64,000 bases of DNA from Candidatus Kaiserbacteria bacterium (GTDB lineage: Bacteria; Patescibacteriota; Minisyncoccia; Phycocordibacterales; UBA2100): the NCBI GenBank assembly GCA_028286585.1, contig JAQBRI010000008.1, positions 18,514 to 82,513 of the forward strand. The letters are read 5' to 3'. The translations under genes and the position numbers were made by a program. The notes under the pieces are model-generated. The model had not been told where the DNA came from and made no database searches. It saw only the letters and a program-made list of their open reading frames with translations. The stretch's first letter is position 1. Each line of letters opens with the position of its first letter. This document shows, piece after piece, positions 46,486 through 57,612 of this stretch.

Positions 46486-47700
46486 ATGTTATTCAAAAAA
46501 GAACGCATCTACCTTGATTATGCAAGTGCCACGCCTGTTTCAAGGGCGGCCCGCACCGCCTTTTTGAAGAGTCAGGCGCTCTACGGTAATCCGGGTGGAT
46601 TGCATGCCGAGGGCGTAATCGCAAAGCAGTCACTCTCAAAATCCCGAGTACAGATCGCGAGCTGTTTGGGTTGTAAGGCGGGAGAAGTCGTTTTTACCTC
46701 AGGCGGAACCGAGGGCAACAATCTCGCGATCCTCGGAGTCGCACAAAAAATGATCCAAGGTGGTCAGGACATGACCAAAACTCATTGGATAGTAAGTTCA
46801 ATCGAGCATGACTCGATACTTTCGACGTTTGGCGAAGTAGAGCGTCTTGGAGGCGCGGTATCCTTTGTAGAACCGGATGCTGATGGAGTCATTGCACCAA
46901 CGCAAGTAAAGATGTTACTGCGCCCAAAAACGGTATTTGTATCTGTTGGATGGGCAAATAGTGAAATAGGAGTCGTACAGCCAATAGCAAAAATTGCAAA
47001 AGTCATTCGTGAATATGAGGCAGCCCAAAAAACTCGCATTTTGTTGCATAGTGATGCAGGGCAGGCACCATTGTACGAAAAAACAACAACTCACTCACTT
47101 GATGTCGACCTGCTTACACTCGATTCGGGTAAGCTATATGGGCCACGTGGCATTGGTGCGTTGTATGTAAAATTGGGTACACCCATAAGTTCGATCCTCT
47201 TTGGTGGCAAACAAGAATCTGGCATGCGGCCAGGAACAGAAAATGTTGCTCTTGCAGCAAGTTTTGCCGCGAGCTTTGCATGGGTGACGAGCATTCGAAA
47301 TTCTGAAGAAATACGATTAAGAAAAATGAGAGACGCATTGTATTCGACCCTTTCTAAACAAATTCCTACACTTGTTTTAAATGGCAATATTGAAGGGCTT
47401 CTCCCGCACATGCTCAATGTTTCGATCCCAGGATTGAGTGTCGAATACTTTGTACTCGCCCTCGACAGCGCTGGCATTGCGAGCTCGACCAAATCAGCTT
47501 GCAGAGAAGGTGAAGAAGCGCAGTCGCACGTCGTACAAGCACTTGGCGCTTTAAAGAATGGTGAGCGGCACATTTCGGCTGAAGATCGCTCGGAACACAC
47601 CATCAGGCTTTCGCTGGGTGTCGAAACGACGGCGCGGGACTGTGCGCGTGCAGCATCCACATTTGTAGATGTGTATTCGCGGATGAGCACTATGCTATAA
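46486..47700 (+). CDS. iscS: Cysteine desulfurase (IscS/NifS family)
   Basis: YLDYASATP, FTSGGTE, SGKLYGPRG, RPGTEN and KSAC motifs. Confidence 0.88.
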   Translation: MLFKKERIYLDYASATPVSRAARTAFLKSQALYGNPGGLHAEGVIAKQSLSKSRVQIASCLGCKAGEVVFTSGGTEGNNLAILGVAQKMIQGGQDMTKTHWIVSSIEHDSILSTFGEVERLGGAVSFVEPDADGVIAPTQVKMLLRPKTVFVSVGWANSEIGVVQPIAKIAKVIREYEAAQKTRILLHSDAGQAPLYEKTTTHSLDVDLLTLDSGKLYGPRGIGALYVKLGTPISSILFGGKQESGMRPGTENVALAASFAASFAWVTSIRNSEEIRLRKMRDALYSTLSKQIPTLVLNGNIEGLLPHMLNVSIPGLSVEYFVLALDSAGIASSTKSACREGEEAQSHVVQALGALKNGERHISAEDRSEHTIRLSLGVETTARDCARAASTFVDVYSRMSTML

Positions 47701-47708
47701 TTTTTTGC

Positions 47709-48527
47709 ATGGATCTCGATCAACTCTCCACCTCACAACTCATACTACTTACACTTCTTGTATCCTTTGTCACATCGATGGCAACAGGCATTGTTACCGT
47801 ATCATTGATGCAAGAAACGCCTATTACAGTAGGCGACACAGTGAGCCGCGTCATCGAACGCACAATTCATGAAGTTATATCTCCCGCAACATCATCACCG
47901 ACTGTAGTTGTGCAAACACCGCCGGCAAGTGATTCTTCTTCGATTGCAGGTGTTGTACAAAAGACGATGCCTTCGGTAGTGAGAATTTTCATGAACGAAG
48001 GCACAAACACATTTGCCGGAGCTGGAATTGTTGTCGCGCCAGGCGTGATACTTACAGATTCAGCAGCTCTCTCGGGCACGACCGCGGCGAACATATCAAT
48101 CGCCGGAAAAAACATTGCCCTAAACGTTGTCTCCGAAGATACCGTATCCGGCATAACAATTTTAAACGCGACTTCTACGGGCACTACTTCTATTTCTTGG
48201 ATTCCGTCGGCTATTACTCGTAATACGCATGCTGTTGGGGAACCGGTCTATACCATTTTTGGAGGCAAATCTCCCAAATTGGCTCGAGGGGTCATCACTT
48301 CAATTACACCCGGAAGGGATATAGCGCCTACTATCGTCGACACTGATATAGCAGGTCTAAATGATGATGTAATTGGGGTCGGAGTGCCATTGTATAGCCA
48401 AAATGGAACACTTATAGGAATGCGTACCCATGTCTCAACAATGCTTGCAGAAACATCATTTATATTGTTTAATACACAGATACCTCCACCGACGATGAAA
48501 GTTTCCGGTACTAATAAGAGTAATTAA
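47709..48527 (+). CDS. Membrane-anchored HtrA/trypsin-like protein, apparently catalytically dead
   Basis: PSVVRI, GAGIVV and G.PL..NG.LIGM framework without TNxH or GNSGG. Confidence 0.6.
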   Translation: MDLDQLSTSQLILLTLLVSFVTSMATGIVTVSLMQETPITVGDTVSRVIERTIHEVISPATSSPTVVVQTPPASDSSSIAGVVQKTMPSVVRIFMNEGTNTFAGAGIVVAPGVILTDSAALSGTTAANISIAGKNIALNVVSEDTVSGITILNATSTGTTSISWIPSAITRNTHAVGEPVYTIFGGKSPKLARGVITSITPGRDIAPTIVDTDIAGLNDDVIGVGVPLYSQNGTLIGMRTHVSTMLAETSFILFNTQIPPPTMKVSGTNKSN

Positions 48528-48533
48528 ACCTAT

Positions 48534-51242
48534 ATGACACCATTCAACAACTACACAACCAAGGCAAAAGAGGCAGTACACCGTGCTCATCAGCTTGCTG
48601 TCGAGCGAGGACACAATCAGGTGTCACCAGTCCACATGCTTGCGGCACTCGTAAGTCAGGAAGAGTCTATGATTTTGCCGATGCTCGAGCAGGTTAATGT
48701 TGATGTACAGCATTTTACCGATTCAATTTTCGAACTTATAGAGGGTACGGGAGGTGCAACTGCGGTTTCGCCGTCATTTCAATTGTATCTTACGCCCGAT
48801 TTGGTGCGCGTATTTGAAGCTGCGCCTCGTATTTCTGCATCGTTTAACGATCAATTCGTCTCTCCTGAGCATATTCTATTAAGTATTGTCGAAAACCCGG
48901 GTCCTGCAAGCGAAGTACTTACCCGATTTAAGGTAGACCGAACAGCGCTTGCTCGCGTACTTACTGACATAAAAGAAGGCAAGATCAAGGATACCGACAC
49001 CTCGACCAAGCCTCGTGCACTTATGCGATTTGCACGATCACTCACGGAGCGCGCAAAAGAAAACAAACTCGATCCTGTTATTGGGCGCGACATGGAAATC
49101 ACACGCGTGATTCAGATTCTGTCACGACGAACAAAAAACAACCCAATCCTTATTGGAGAAGCTGGCGTTGGTAAAACAGCAGTTGCCGAAGGTCTCGCCA
49201 TTCGTGTGGCAGCAGGTGACGTGCCAGAATCTTTGCGAGACAAAGAAATAGTACAACTCGACCTCGGGCTTCTTATTGCCGGTACTAAATACCGCGGTGA
49301 ATTCGAAGAGCGACTTAAGGCAGTAATGAAAGAAGTCGAACGCTCAGACGGCAAGGTAATTCTTTTTATCGACGAACTCCATACCCTAATGGGTGCAGGA
49401 GCTGCCGAAGGATCGATGGACGCTTCAAACATGCTCAAGCCAGCACTCGCTCGCGGTGAGATCCGTGTCATTGGTGCAACAACACTTAAGGAGTATCAAA
49501 AATACATCGAACACGACCAGGCCATGACTCGTCGATTCCAGCCGATACATGTTAACGAGCCGTCAATCGATGACACTGTTGCGATATTACGAGGACTAAA
49601 GAGTCGCTACGAACTATTCCATGGTGTACATATTACTGACGACGCTATCGTTGCCGCCGTACAGCTTTCATCGCGCTACATCACTGAACGTTTTCTCCCC
49701 GACAAGGCGATTGATCTTATCGACGAAGCATCATCCGCACTACGATTGTCGCTTGAAAACAAACCACCGGTTCTCGAAGAGGCGCATCGACGCGTAGTTC
49801 GGCTTGAAATAGAACGTGAAGCACTCAAAAAGGAAGCAGAGGCAGGAAACGAAAAGGCACAGCAGCGCATGAAATCGATCCAAGCCGAAATTGCCGATGT
49901 GCAAGACGGATCTCGCGAACTCGAAACCAAATGGAAAAACGAAAAGGAAACACTTGCGACAATAAAGCAGTGCAAGAAAGATCTCGAACAGGCTCGGCTT
50001 GATGCTGACTCCGCTGAATCACAAAGTGATCTTACAAAAGCAGCAGAAATTAGATACGGAACCATTCCAGCACTTGAACGGGAAATCGAAACAGCAACCA
50101 AGCGACTCAAGAAACTGCAAACTAATCGTCGAGTGCTTAAGGAAGAGGTAATAGCAGAAGACATTGCACATGTTGTCTCTCGATGGACCGGCGTTCCAGT
50201 ATCACGCATGCTTGAAGAAGAGGCAGCAAAACTCGCGAAAATCGAAGAGAGTCTTAAGGAGCGAATTGTTGGTCAGGATGAAGCGGTCAAAAAGATTGCA
50301 GATTCTATCAAGCGATCACGAGCAGGCATTGGAGACCCAAATCGACCAGTCGGATCATTCCTATTCCTTGGTCCAACAGGAGTCGGTAAGACCGAGCTTA
50401 CAAAAGCGCTTGCTGAGCTGTTGTTTAACAACAGCGACAAGGCACTCATTCGGGTTGATATGTCCGAATACATGGAAAAGCATTCAGTATCCAAGATCAT
50501 CGGTTCTCCTCCAGGATATGTCGGCCACGAAGAAGGCGGAGGTCTCACAGAATTGGTGCGACATCGCCCATACTCTGTAATTCTTTTCGACGAAATAGAG
50601 AAAGCACATCCAGAGGTTTTCAACATCTTGCTGCAAGTACTCGACAATGGTCGTCTTACTGATGCAAAGGGTCGCACCGTTAACTTCAAAAATTGTGTAA
50701 TCATCATGACTTCGAACATTGGTGCAGAATTTATCGACAAAATGTCGGGACTTGGATTTGGCAATGGTATTGCAACGACCGAAGCAGAGCGATACGAACA
50801 AACAAAAGACCGTGTTATGACAGCGCTCAAGGATTACTTCCGACCAGAATTCCTGAACCGTCTCGATGAAATTGTCTTGTTCAACATTCTAAGTCCACTC
50901 CATGTGCGTGACATTGTCCGCATGCAGGTTGATATTGTTGCGAAGCGTCTCGAAGATAAAAGCATCAATCTTACGTTTTCGGATGCCGCACTCGACCTAC
51001 TTTCAAAAGATGGATACAGCGCGCACTACGGTGCTCGACCACTAAAGCGACTTATTCAAACCAAGATTCTAACTCCCATTGCTAACATGATTATCGAAAG
51101 GGAAGTGACAGATGGCGGAGCTATTGTTGTGGATGTAGATAAAGATAAAACTGAGTTTACGTTCGACGTCAGAAAAGGACCAGAAAAGATTCCTCGCAGT
51201 CACTCTGTCCGCTCGAGAGCAAAAAGTGCAGTCGCAGCATAA
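48534..51242 (+). CDS. clpB: ATP-dependent chaperone ClpB
   Basis: Two AAA+ modules ([16 protein letters not shown]), long middle coiled coil, GARPL. Confidence 0.95.
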   Translation: MTPFNNYTTKAKEAVHRAHQLAVERGHNQVSPVHMLAALVSQEESMILPMLEQVNVDVQHFTDSIFELIEGTGGATAVSPSFQLYLTPDLVRVFEAAPRISASFNDQFVSPEHILLSIVENPGPASEVLTRFKVDRTALARVLTDIKEGKIKDTDTSTKPRALMRFARSLTERAKENKLDPVIGRDMEITRVIQILSRRTKNNPILIGEAGVGKTAVAEGLAIRVAAGDVPESLRDKEIVQLDLGLLIAGTKYRGEFEERLKAVMKEVERSDGKVILFIDELHTLMGAGAAEGSMDASNMLKPALARGEIRVIGATTLKEYQKYIEHDQAMTRRFQPIHVNEPSIDDTVAILRGLKSRYELFHGVHITDDAIVAAVQLSSRYITERFLPDKAIDLIDEASSALRLSLENKPPVLEEAHRRVVRLEIEREALKKEAEAGNEKAQQRMKSIQAEIADVQDGSRELETKWKNEKETLATIKQCKKDLEQARLDADSAESQSDLTKAAEIRYGTIPALEREIETATKRLKKLQTNRRVLKEEVIAEDIAHVVSRWTGVPVSRMLEEEAAKLAKIEESLKERIVGQDEAVKKIADSIKRSRAGIGDPNRPVGSFLFLGPTGVGKTELTKALAELLFNNSDKALIRVDMSEYMEKHSVSKIIGSPPGYVGHEEGGGLTELVRHRPYSVILFDEIEKAHPEVFNILLQVLDNGRLTDAKGRTVNFKNCVIIMTSNIGAEFIDKMSGLGFGNGIATTEAERYEQTKDRVMTALKDYFRPEFLNRLDEIVLFNILSPLHVRDIVRMQVDIVAKRLEDKSINLTFSDAALDLLSKDGYSAHYGARPLKRLIQTKILTPIANMIIEREVTDGGAIVVDVDKDKTEFTFDVRKGPEKIPRSHSVRSRAKSAVAA

Positions 51243-51253
51243 GCTGCAATAAT

Positions 51254-51286
51254 CACAAAAAAGACGGCACGGCCGTCTTTTTTGTG
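51254..51286. terminator. Intrinsic terminator after clpB
   Basis: CACAAAAAAGACGGC-ACG-GCCGTCTTTTTTGTG. Confidence 0.88.
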
Positions 51287-51363
51287 TAATCAGAAATGCT
51301 TTTTTGGAGCGCCCATATTTTCTTAACAGTAATCCGTTTTAGAAAATAGAAGTACTTTTAGGG

Positions 51364-51446
51364 TGCGCCGGGTTGGATTCGAACCAACGAAGACCGAAGT
51401 CGACAGATTTACAGTCTGTTGTATTTGACCACTCTACCACCGACGC
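51364..51446 (-). tRNA. tRNA-Tyr(GTA)
   Basis: ACAGA-CTGTAAA-TCTGT anticodon arm, variable arm GACTTCGGTC. Confidence 0.95.
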
Positions 51447-51534
51447 ATAATCCAGCCTGTGCTGGTTGCGAATGATTGTAGCAAAATAATTAGACCTCGC
51501 CAATACGACAGTTTTGATATGGTACACTAATCGC

Positions 51535-51948
51535 ATGCGAAAATATCTTGTCCTGGGTCTTACTACGGGTATTATGCTTCTTCCACTTATTAGTAATGCT
51601 GCAATTTGGCATTCAATTGTTCCTGGCACTGATCAGGGTTCTAGCTGCGGCAAAGTTGGCGGATGTCAGTCTATATGTGATATAGCGCTCCTTGTTCAAA
51701 ATATTCTCAATGACGCTATAGTGCTTGCTACGTTTATGGCAGGTATTCTCTTTGCGTGGGCTGGCGGCCGAATGCTTATGGCAGGAGGTGATCCAAAGGC
51801 CATAACTAGTGCAAAAAAGACCTTTAGCGCGGTACTAATTGGATTTATCATCATACTCTCGGCTTGGCTCATTGTGGACACTATAATGAAGGTATTTACC
51901 GACCAATCGAGTTCTGGCTTTGGGCCTTGGAATCAAATTTGCCAATAG
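51535..51948 (+). CDS. TrbC/VirB2-type pilin-like protein with Cys loop
   Basis: Signal peptide; AGGDPKAITSAKK..IGFIIILSAWLIV. Confidence 0.78.
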   Translation: MRKYLVLGLTTGIMLLPLISNAAIWHSIVPGTDQGSSCGKVGGCQSICDIALLVQNILNDAIVLATFMAGILFAWAGGRMLMAGGDPKAITSAKKTFSAVLIGFIIILSAWLIVDTIMKVFTDQSSSGFGPWNQICQ

Positions 51949-51974
51949 GGTAAGAACCGTGTATAATCGCCCCT

Positions 51975-52133
51975 ATGTCGCAAGATCAACTTATACGCCT
52001 CGCTTGTAGTAAATGTACACGCATTAACTATTGGTCTCGTAAAAACAAAAAACTGGTTACAGCAAAGATCGAACTCAAAAAGTACTGTAAATGGTGCAAA
52101 ATGCATACCAAGCACAAGGAGGTCAAAAAATAA
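51975..52133 (+). CDS. rpmG: 50S ribosomal protein L33 (Zn-ribbon C+ form); absent from the ORF track
   Basis: MSQDQLIRLACSKCTRINYWSRKNKK..IELKKYCKWCKMHTKHKEVKK*. Confidence 0.95.
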   Translation: MSQDQLIRLACSKCTRINYWSRKNKKLVTAKIELKKYCKWCKMHTKHKEVKK

Positions 52134-52180
52134 AACTGCCACGAGCCCGAAAGGGCTCGTTGTGTTATACTCTCGTCCAA

Positions 52181-52251
52181 GGGCGATTAGTTTAGTGGTA
52201 GAACAGCGGTCTCCAAAACCGCTAGTGTAGGTTCGATTCCTACATCGCCCG
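52181..52251 (+). tRNA. tRNA-Trp(CCA)
   Basis: GCGGT-CTCCAAA-ACCGC anticodon arm; follows rpmG. Confidence 0.95.
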
Positions 52252-52360
52252 CCCAAAAGCATTACGGCATCTAATACTGCTTGTAATACGTATACTTATC
52301 CACAGTCTGTTTACATAATCGTCTTACTTCTAGAAGTTATAATGAAAACCGCTTTGAAAC

Positions 52361-52433
52361 GTAGGTGTGTCGGTGAAGTAGGGTGTAATTCCCTCACTAT
52401 CGCGTAACTGTAAAGTCAGATCCCGCACATTAC
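52361..52433 (+). promoter_or_regulatory. Cobalamin riboswitch-like leader (compact class II type)
   Basis: GGTGAAGTAGGGTGTAATTCCCTCACTATCGCGTAACTGTAAAGTCAGA resembles the Cbl core; TATAAT at 52338 upstream. Confidence 0.68.
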
Positions 52434-52583
52434 CCCTTTGTAAGGGGCTACATCGGCTCGCGCCTAGTCATTCTGAGAGGTCTCTACCTCGCAGGCATTA
52501 CATGACCCCGGCACGAACCGGGAGTTTTCGATGCGTGCGCCCTCTCTCGCGCAAAGAGAGGTTATTAAGTAGAACAAGTTACT

Positions 52584-55100
52584 ATGGAAATTAATATTTG
52601 TAAGCGTAATGGCACTTGTGAACCATTCAACGCAGATAAAATCAACAGATCGATAGAACGAGAATGCGCAGGCTTTCTCGATCCTATAGGCATGACTACA
52701 CAGATTGCGACTGAGACACGCCTCACTCTGTATGATGGTATGACGACAGAGGAGATGGACCAGGCTACGATAAGCGCTGCCGTTCAAAATATCAAGGAGG
52801 ACATCGAATATGATAAAGTCGCTGTGCGATTGCTGCTTAAGACAGTGTACCGGCGTGTGGTAGGCGAATATAAGCATGATGCGCAGGAGCTCAAAGCAAA
52901 GCATCGAAAGCAGTTTTCGGTGCACATAAAGAAATATATTACTGCAGGCCTACTTGATGAAAGAATGGGAAAGCTTTTTGACCTCGAAAAACTTGCAGCA
53001 GCTATGGTATTAGATCGAGATCAATTGTTTACCTATGCAGGTCTTTCGACACTGCTTGATAGGTACTCTATGCGAGACGTAGAGCAAAATCGCATTGAAA
53101 CTCCACAATTTTTATTTATGCGCATCGCAATGGGCCTTGCGTATAACGAAAAAAATCCAACTCTATGGGCTATTAAGTTTTATGAGCGCATGTCGCAACA
53201 CCTCTACATTGCGGGAGGCACAACAAACATTGGTGCAGGAACATCTCGTCCAGCGCTGTCGAATTGCTTCTTGCTTGAGATTCATGATGATATGGATCAT
53301 ATTGCAAAATCTGTTGCGGATGTAATGAAAATATCGAAATCATCGGGCGGTATTGGGGCGTCACTCACTAAACTGCGCGCAACTGGCTCGCCGCTCAAGT
53401 CGAGTAATACTGTATCCTCGGGACCAACTCCGTTTGCAAAAATAATCGATACCGCTATTCGTGCCGTCCAGCGTGGAGGTAAAAAATTGGGTGCGCTTTG
53501 TTTCTATATGGAAAACTGGCACTACGATTTTCCGGAATTCATAGACTGGAAACATAATGCAGGCGACGATTACCTTCGTATGCGAACAGCAAACACGGCA
53601 GTATTTCTCTCGGATGAATTTATGCTACGTGTTGAAAATAACGACGACTGGTATATGTTTGATCCAAAAGAAACACCCGATCTAAACGAGTTATATGGCC
53701 AAGCATTTAGTAAACGCTATAAAGAGTACGTAGAAATGGCGAAGGCCGGAAAACTTCGAATGTTTAAAAAAGTTCCTGCGGCCGAACAGTGGCATCACAT
53801 TCTGACTTCGCTTCAGGCGACTTCGCACCCATGGCTCACGTGGAAAGATCCGATTAACCTTCGGGCACTCAACAACAACACTGGAACTATTCACATGTCT
53901 AATCTTTGCACCGAAATATGTCTTCCGCAGGATAGAGAAAACATAGCTGTATGTAATCTTGCGTCACTCAATATTGCTGCACATATTGAGCACAAACAAA
54001 TTAATTGGGGTAAACTTGAAGAAAGTGTTCGTCTTGCGATCCGACAACTAGATAATCTTATCGACATTAATGATCTTCCGATTCCAGAAGCTGCACGCTC
54101 GGACAAAGAAAATCGTGCAGTAGGTCTTGGAGTCATGGGATTTGCCGATGCACTCGAGCAGCTCTCGATGTCATATGAAAGTGCACATGCGTGGGATTTT
54201 GCAGATCGTATCTTTGAATTTATCTCCTACATGGCAATTGATGAAAGTGCGAACCTTGCAAAAGAACGCGGTTCCTATAAGCACTTTCAGGGTTCCGGAT
54301 GGTCAAAAGGCATGGTCCCCATTGATACGGTCGCTGCGCTCGAAAAAGACCGCGGAATCAGTATTGACGTACCAAAAGCAACAAAGCAAAAAATGCTCGA
54401 TTGGGACAAACTTCGGGCAAAAGTTAAGCAAGGAATGAGAAACGCAACTCTGATGGCCATTGCACCAAATGCCAATATCGGACTGTTGGCGGGAACTACT
54501 CCGGGTATTGATCCGCGTTTTGCACAAGTTTTTTCCCGCAACAAAATTTCTGGCAAATATCTTGATCTCAATCACAATTTGGTAAAAGATCTTAAAAATA
54601 TGGGTCTTTGGGAAGAGCTTAAAGATCAAATCATTGAAGCGCAAGGTGATATATCCGAACTACCACACATTCCGGCATATCTCAAAGAGATATATCGTAC
54701 TGCGTTTACCACTTCGCCTCAATCTTACATAGAGGTTGCAGCACGGGCGCAGAAATGGGTTGATCAAGCTCTTAGTCGTAACATGTATTTGGCAGAGCGC
54801 GATATGGAAACAATGAGTAATGTATACAAGATGGCCTGGAAAAAAGGTCTCAAGACAACTTACTATCTGCATATGCAACAACGACATACCGCAGAACAAA
54901 GTACAACTACAGTAAACAAAGCTGAAGCGCTTGGAAAGAGGGGATTTGGAGCAATCAAAGCTGCGCCTGTGGTACTACAACCAGAAAAAACATCAACACC
55001 TTCGCCGATTGCTATGCCTACACCCATCATAGCCAAAACAACCACAATTCGAGGGCCAGAAGACCCGCAAGAAGCCAATGTCTGCATCGCGTGCCAATAA
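52584..55100 (+). CDS. nrdA: Class I ribonucleotide reductase alpha subunit with ATP cone
   Basis: SNCF, SNLCTEI, KTTYYL and C-terminal CIACQ motifs. Confidence 0.95.
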   Translation: MEINICKRNGTCEPFNADKINRSIERECAGFLDPIGMTTQIATETRLTLYDGMTTEEMDQATISAAVQNIKEDIEYDKVAVRLLLKTVYRRVVGEYKHDAQELKAKHRKQFSVHIKKYITAGLLDERMGKLFDLEKLAAAMVLDRDQLFTYAGLSTLLDRYSMRDVEQNRIETPQFLFMRIAMGLAYNEKNPTLWAIKFYERMSQHLYIAGGTTNIGAGTSRPALSNCFLLEIHDDMDHIAKSVADVMKISKSSGGIGASLTKLRATGSPLKSSNTVSSGPTPFAKIIDTAIRAVQRGGKKLGALCFYMENWHYDFPEFIDWKHNAGDDYLRMRTANTAVFLSDEFMLRVENNDDWYMFDPKETPDLNELYGQAFSKRYKEYVEMAKAGKLRMFKKVPAAEQWHHILTSLQATSHPWLTWKDPINLRALNNNTGTIHMSNLCTEICLPQDRENIAVCNLASLNIAAHIEHKQINWGKLEESVRLAIRQLDNLIDINDLPIPEAARSDKENRAVGLGVMGFADALEQLSMSYESAHAWDFADRIFEFISYMAIDESANLAKERGSYKHFQGSGWSKGMVPIDTVAALEKDRGISIDVPKATKQKMLDWDKLRAKVKQGMRNATLMAIAPNANIGLLAGTTPGIDPRFAQVFSRNKISGKYLDLNHNLVKDLKNMGLWEELKDQIIEAQGDISELPHIPAYLKEIYRTAFTTSPQSYIEVAARAQKWVDQALSRNMYLAERDMETMSNVYKMAWKKGLKTTYYLHMQQRHTAEQSTTTVNKAEALGKRGFGAIKAAPVVLQPEKTSTPSPIAMPTPIIAKTTTIRGPEDPQEANVCIACQ

Positions 55101-55124
55101 CAAATAACAACTAACATACTACTT

Positions 55125-56138
55125 ATGCTTTTAGGCCGAACCGATCCCTCTGACTACAATTTGTACCCGTCACAGTATCCCTGGGCATACGATCTGTACA
55201 ATCAAGCTGTGCGTAATACATGGTTTCCTCATGAAATTGCTCTCAAAGAAGATCTCGATGACTTTGCAAAAATGACCGATGATGAAAAGCATGCTGTCGA
55301 ATATCTGCTCGCATTCTTTAATCCGGCAGAATTGATTGTAAACAGGTCGATCGCGCTTGGTGTGTACCCGTATTTAAAGAGTGCCGAGTGTCACTTGTAT
55401 CTTGCAAAACAAATGTGGGAAGAGGCAAACCATTGCGTTGCATTTGAGTACGTACTCCAAACATTTCCGCTCGACCGCGAAAAAGTGTTTGCTCTCCATA
55501 CGACTGTGCCCTCGATGATTGCAAAAGAAAACTACATCATGGAAGCTGTGCGAACAATGACAGAAGATGAGCTCGATATCACGACTGACGAAGGCAAAAA
55601 AGATTTTGTTCGAAACCTTGTGAAAACAAATATCGTAGCTGAAGGTATTTGGTTTTATTCTGGCTTTATGATTGCTCTCTCATTCAGGCAAAGAAATCAG
55701 CTTCGCAATTTGGGCAGTCTCATTAACTGGGTTCTTCGCGACGAATCACTGCACCTAAAATTTGGTATTCAGTTGATTCTAAATACTCTCGAAGAAAATC
55801 CAGCGTTGGTAACTCCCGAATTTGCATTGGAAATACAAAATTTGATTGTTCAGGGGGTCACGGTCGAAATGGACTTCAATAAAGAGCTATTTCCTCGAGG
55901 CATCCTTGGGCTTAATGCTGATTATGTAAATCAATACGTGCAGCATATGGCCGACCGTCGCTTGACTGAGCTCGGTATGGAAAAATACTATAACGTCTCG
56001 AATCCAGCAAAATGGATGTCGACCGCAACGGACGTGACAGAGCTTGTTAACTTCTTCGAGCAGCAAAATACAGCATACGAAAACCCAAGCGCGACTGATG
56101 ATGAAGTGGCAAAGCAACGGAAAAATACTGAACTATAA
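55125..56138 (+). CDS. nrdB: Ribonucleotide reductase beta subunit, class Ic (R2c)-type signature
   Basis: FFNPAELIV, EEANHCVAF, EGIWFYSGF, RDESLH and NFFE motifs. Confidence 0.92.
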   Translation: MLLGRTDPSDYNLYPSQYPWAYDLYNQAVRNTWFPHEIALKEDLDDFAKMTDDEKHAVEYLLAFFNPAELIVNRSIALGVYPYLKSAECHLYLAKQMWEEANHCVAFEYVLQTFPLDREKVFALHTTVPSMIAKENYIMEAVRTMTEDELDITTDEGKKDFVRNLVKTNIVAEGIWFYSGFMIALSFRQRNQLRNLGSLINWVLRDESLHLKFGIQLILNTLEENPALVTPEFALEIQNLIVQGVTVEMDFNKELFPRGILGLNADYVNQYVQHMADRRLTELGMEKYYNVSNPAKWMSTATDVTELVNFFEQQNTAYENPSATDDEVAKQRKNTEL

Positions 56139-56330
56139 TAAAACTATAGTCTATATAGCAATAGCCAAGTTTTTCAACTGCGGGTCAAAAGACTGCACAA
56201 AAGTTGTCTACTTTGATTAGCATTTTCATCTACACATTATCTGATTCTATAAACATTTTGTACATAAAAAATCTATGTATTTCGCTTGTACCTAACTCTC
56301 GCGGTCGCGGTATTTAGGTACAGGAGCTGA

Positions 56331-56681
56331 TTAGGTATTGATCGTTTTACTTACAGACACAGCTGTTCCATAGGCGAGGACTTCGGTTACGCCTGCTGCA
56401 ATTTCTGTAGCATCATATCTAAATCCTATAACTGCGTTAGCACCCATCTGAGCCGCGTGTTCGAGCATAAGATCAAACGCATGCTGCCGTGTTTGCTCAC
56501 ACAGAGTCGTATACAAAGAAATGTTACCTCCGAATAATGTTTGGATACCTGCTCCGATATTGCCCACGATCGAACGGGATCGAACGATGATTCCGCGAGT
56601 TATACCGTGATTTTTAGTAATCTTATAACCATCTATTTCAAATGCTGTAGTAACGAGCGCTGTATCAATTGTGTTTGTCAT
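56331..56681 (-). CDS. YbjQ/UPF0145 family protein
   Basis: [11 protein letters not shown] and EVLAYGTAV motifs. Confidence 0.92.
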   Translation of the reverse strand: MTNTIDTALVTTAFEIDGYKITKNHGITRGIIVRSRSIVGNIGAGIQTLFGGNISLYTTLCEQTRQHAFDLMLEHAAQMGANAVIGFRYDATEIAAGVTEVLAYGTAVSVSKTINT

Positions 56682-56764
56682 ATTCTAATCCTACCACTCT
56701 AAATTGAGTGAACAAGGACTGCTGCTGCGGTATAATAGATATATAGAAGTAAACAAACATTCTT

Positions 56765-57157
56765 ATGATTGACCACCTTACATTACATGTAAACGATATT
56801 GATAAAAGTAAGCTGTTTTATACTGCAATTTTAAAACCGCTTGGCTACGGTATGACTAGTGAGTTCCCAGAATGGAAGCTAGCTGGATACGGTACAAAAG
56901 CAAAGTCCTCATTGTGGGTATATGGAGACGGCTGTAAACAGCCAACCCATATAGCATTTACTGCAAAGAGTGCTGACGCTGTAAAGGTATGTTACAAAGC
57001 GGGGATAAAGGCGGGCGGAAAGGACAATGGCAAACCAGGCATTCGCAAAAACTACAGTGCCGGATACTACGCTGCGTTTGTTCTTGATTTGGACGGACAT
57101 AATATCGAAATTGTCTTCCACGACAAAACCAAAAAAGCTCCAGCTAAAAAGAAATAA
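56765..57157 (+). CDS. VOC/glyoxalase family protein
   Basis: MIDH, HIAF, GGKDNGKPG and YYAAFVLDLDGHNIE motifs. Confidence 0.92.
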   Translation: MIDHLTLHVNDIDKSKLFYTAILKPLGYGMTSEFPEWKLAGYGTKAKSSLWVYGDGCKQPTHIAFTAKSADAVKVCYKAGIKAGGKDNGKPGIRKNYSAGYYAAFVLDLDGHNIEIVFHDKTKKAPAKKK

Positions 57158-57159
57158 CT

Positions 57160-57612
57160 ATGCCAATCTACAATCACAAAGGAAAGCACTTTAAAGCGCA
57201 TGTGCACCCAAGCTTACAACGCCGAATACGAATTTTTATTGTTATTTCAATACTTATGCTTCTTTTGGTCGCATACGATATTTCTCAAGGAATACTTTCA
57301 TTTCCATACGCAATAGGTGCTCTTGTTGTAGGGGGTGTTGTTGGAATATTTACGAGCAGAATTTTCCACCTTTCATGGGAAAAAGATGGAAGCCACGTGG
57401 TAGGACGTATCGATAAGATCGGCTGGATTGTACTTGCCTTGTATATTGCATTTGAAATCGCACGTTCGCTCTTCTTTCAGTATGAAGTACATATCGGAGA
57501 TGAAGCGACGGCAATTACCTATGCATTTGTTTCTGCGGCGCTTTTGAGTCGCGTATTTGGACTCCGAGGAAGGATTATCACTATTCTCAAACAGGAACAA
57601 ATCTTTGGTTAA
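57160..57612 (+). CDS. Hypothetical 4-TM membrane protein
   Basis: 150 aa with four hydrophobic segments. Confidence 0.7.
   Translation: MPIYNHKGKHFKAHVHPSLQRRIRIFIVISILMLLLVAYDISQGILSFPYAIGALVVGGVVGIFTSRIFHLSWEKDGSHVVGRIDKIGWIVLALYIAFEIARSLFFQYEVHIGDEATAITYAFVSAALLSRVFGLRGRIITILKQEQIFG

Noticed and set aside
39858-52304. DnaA-box-like 9-mers (39858, 40920, 52296) as a replication origin
   Set aside because: Isolated single boxes with no cluster, DUE or dnaA nearby
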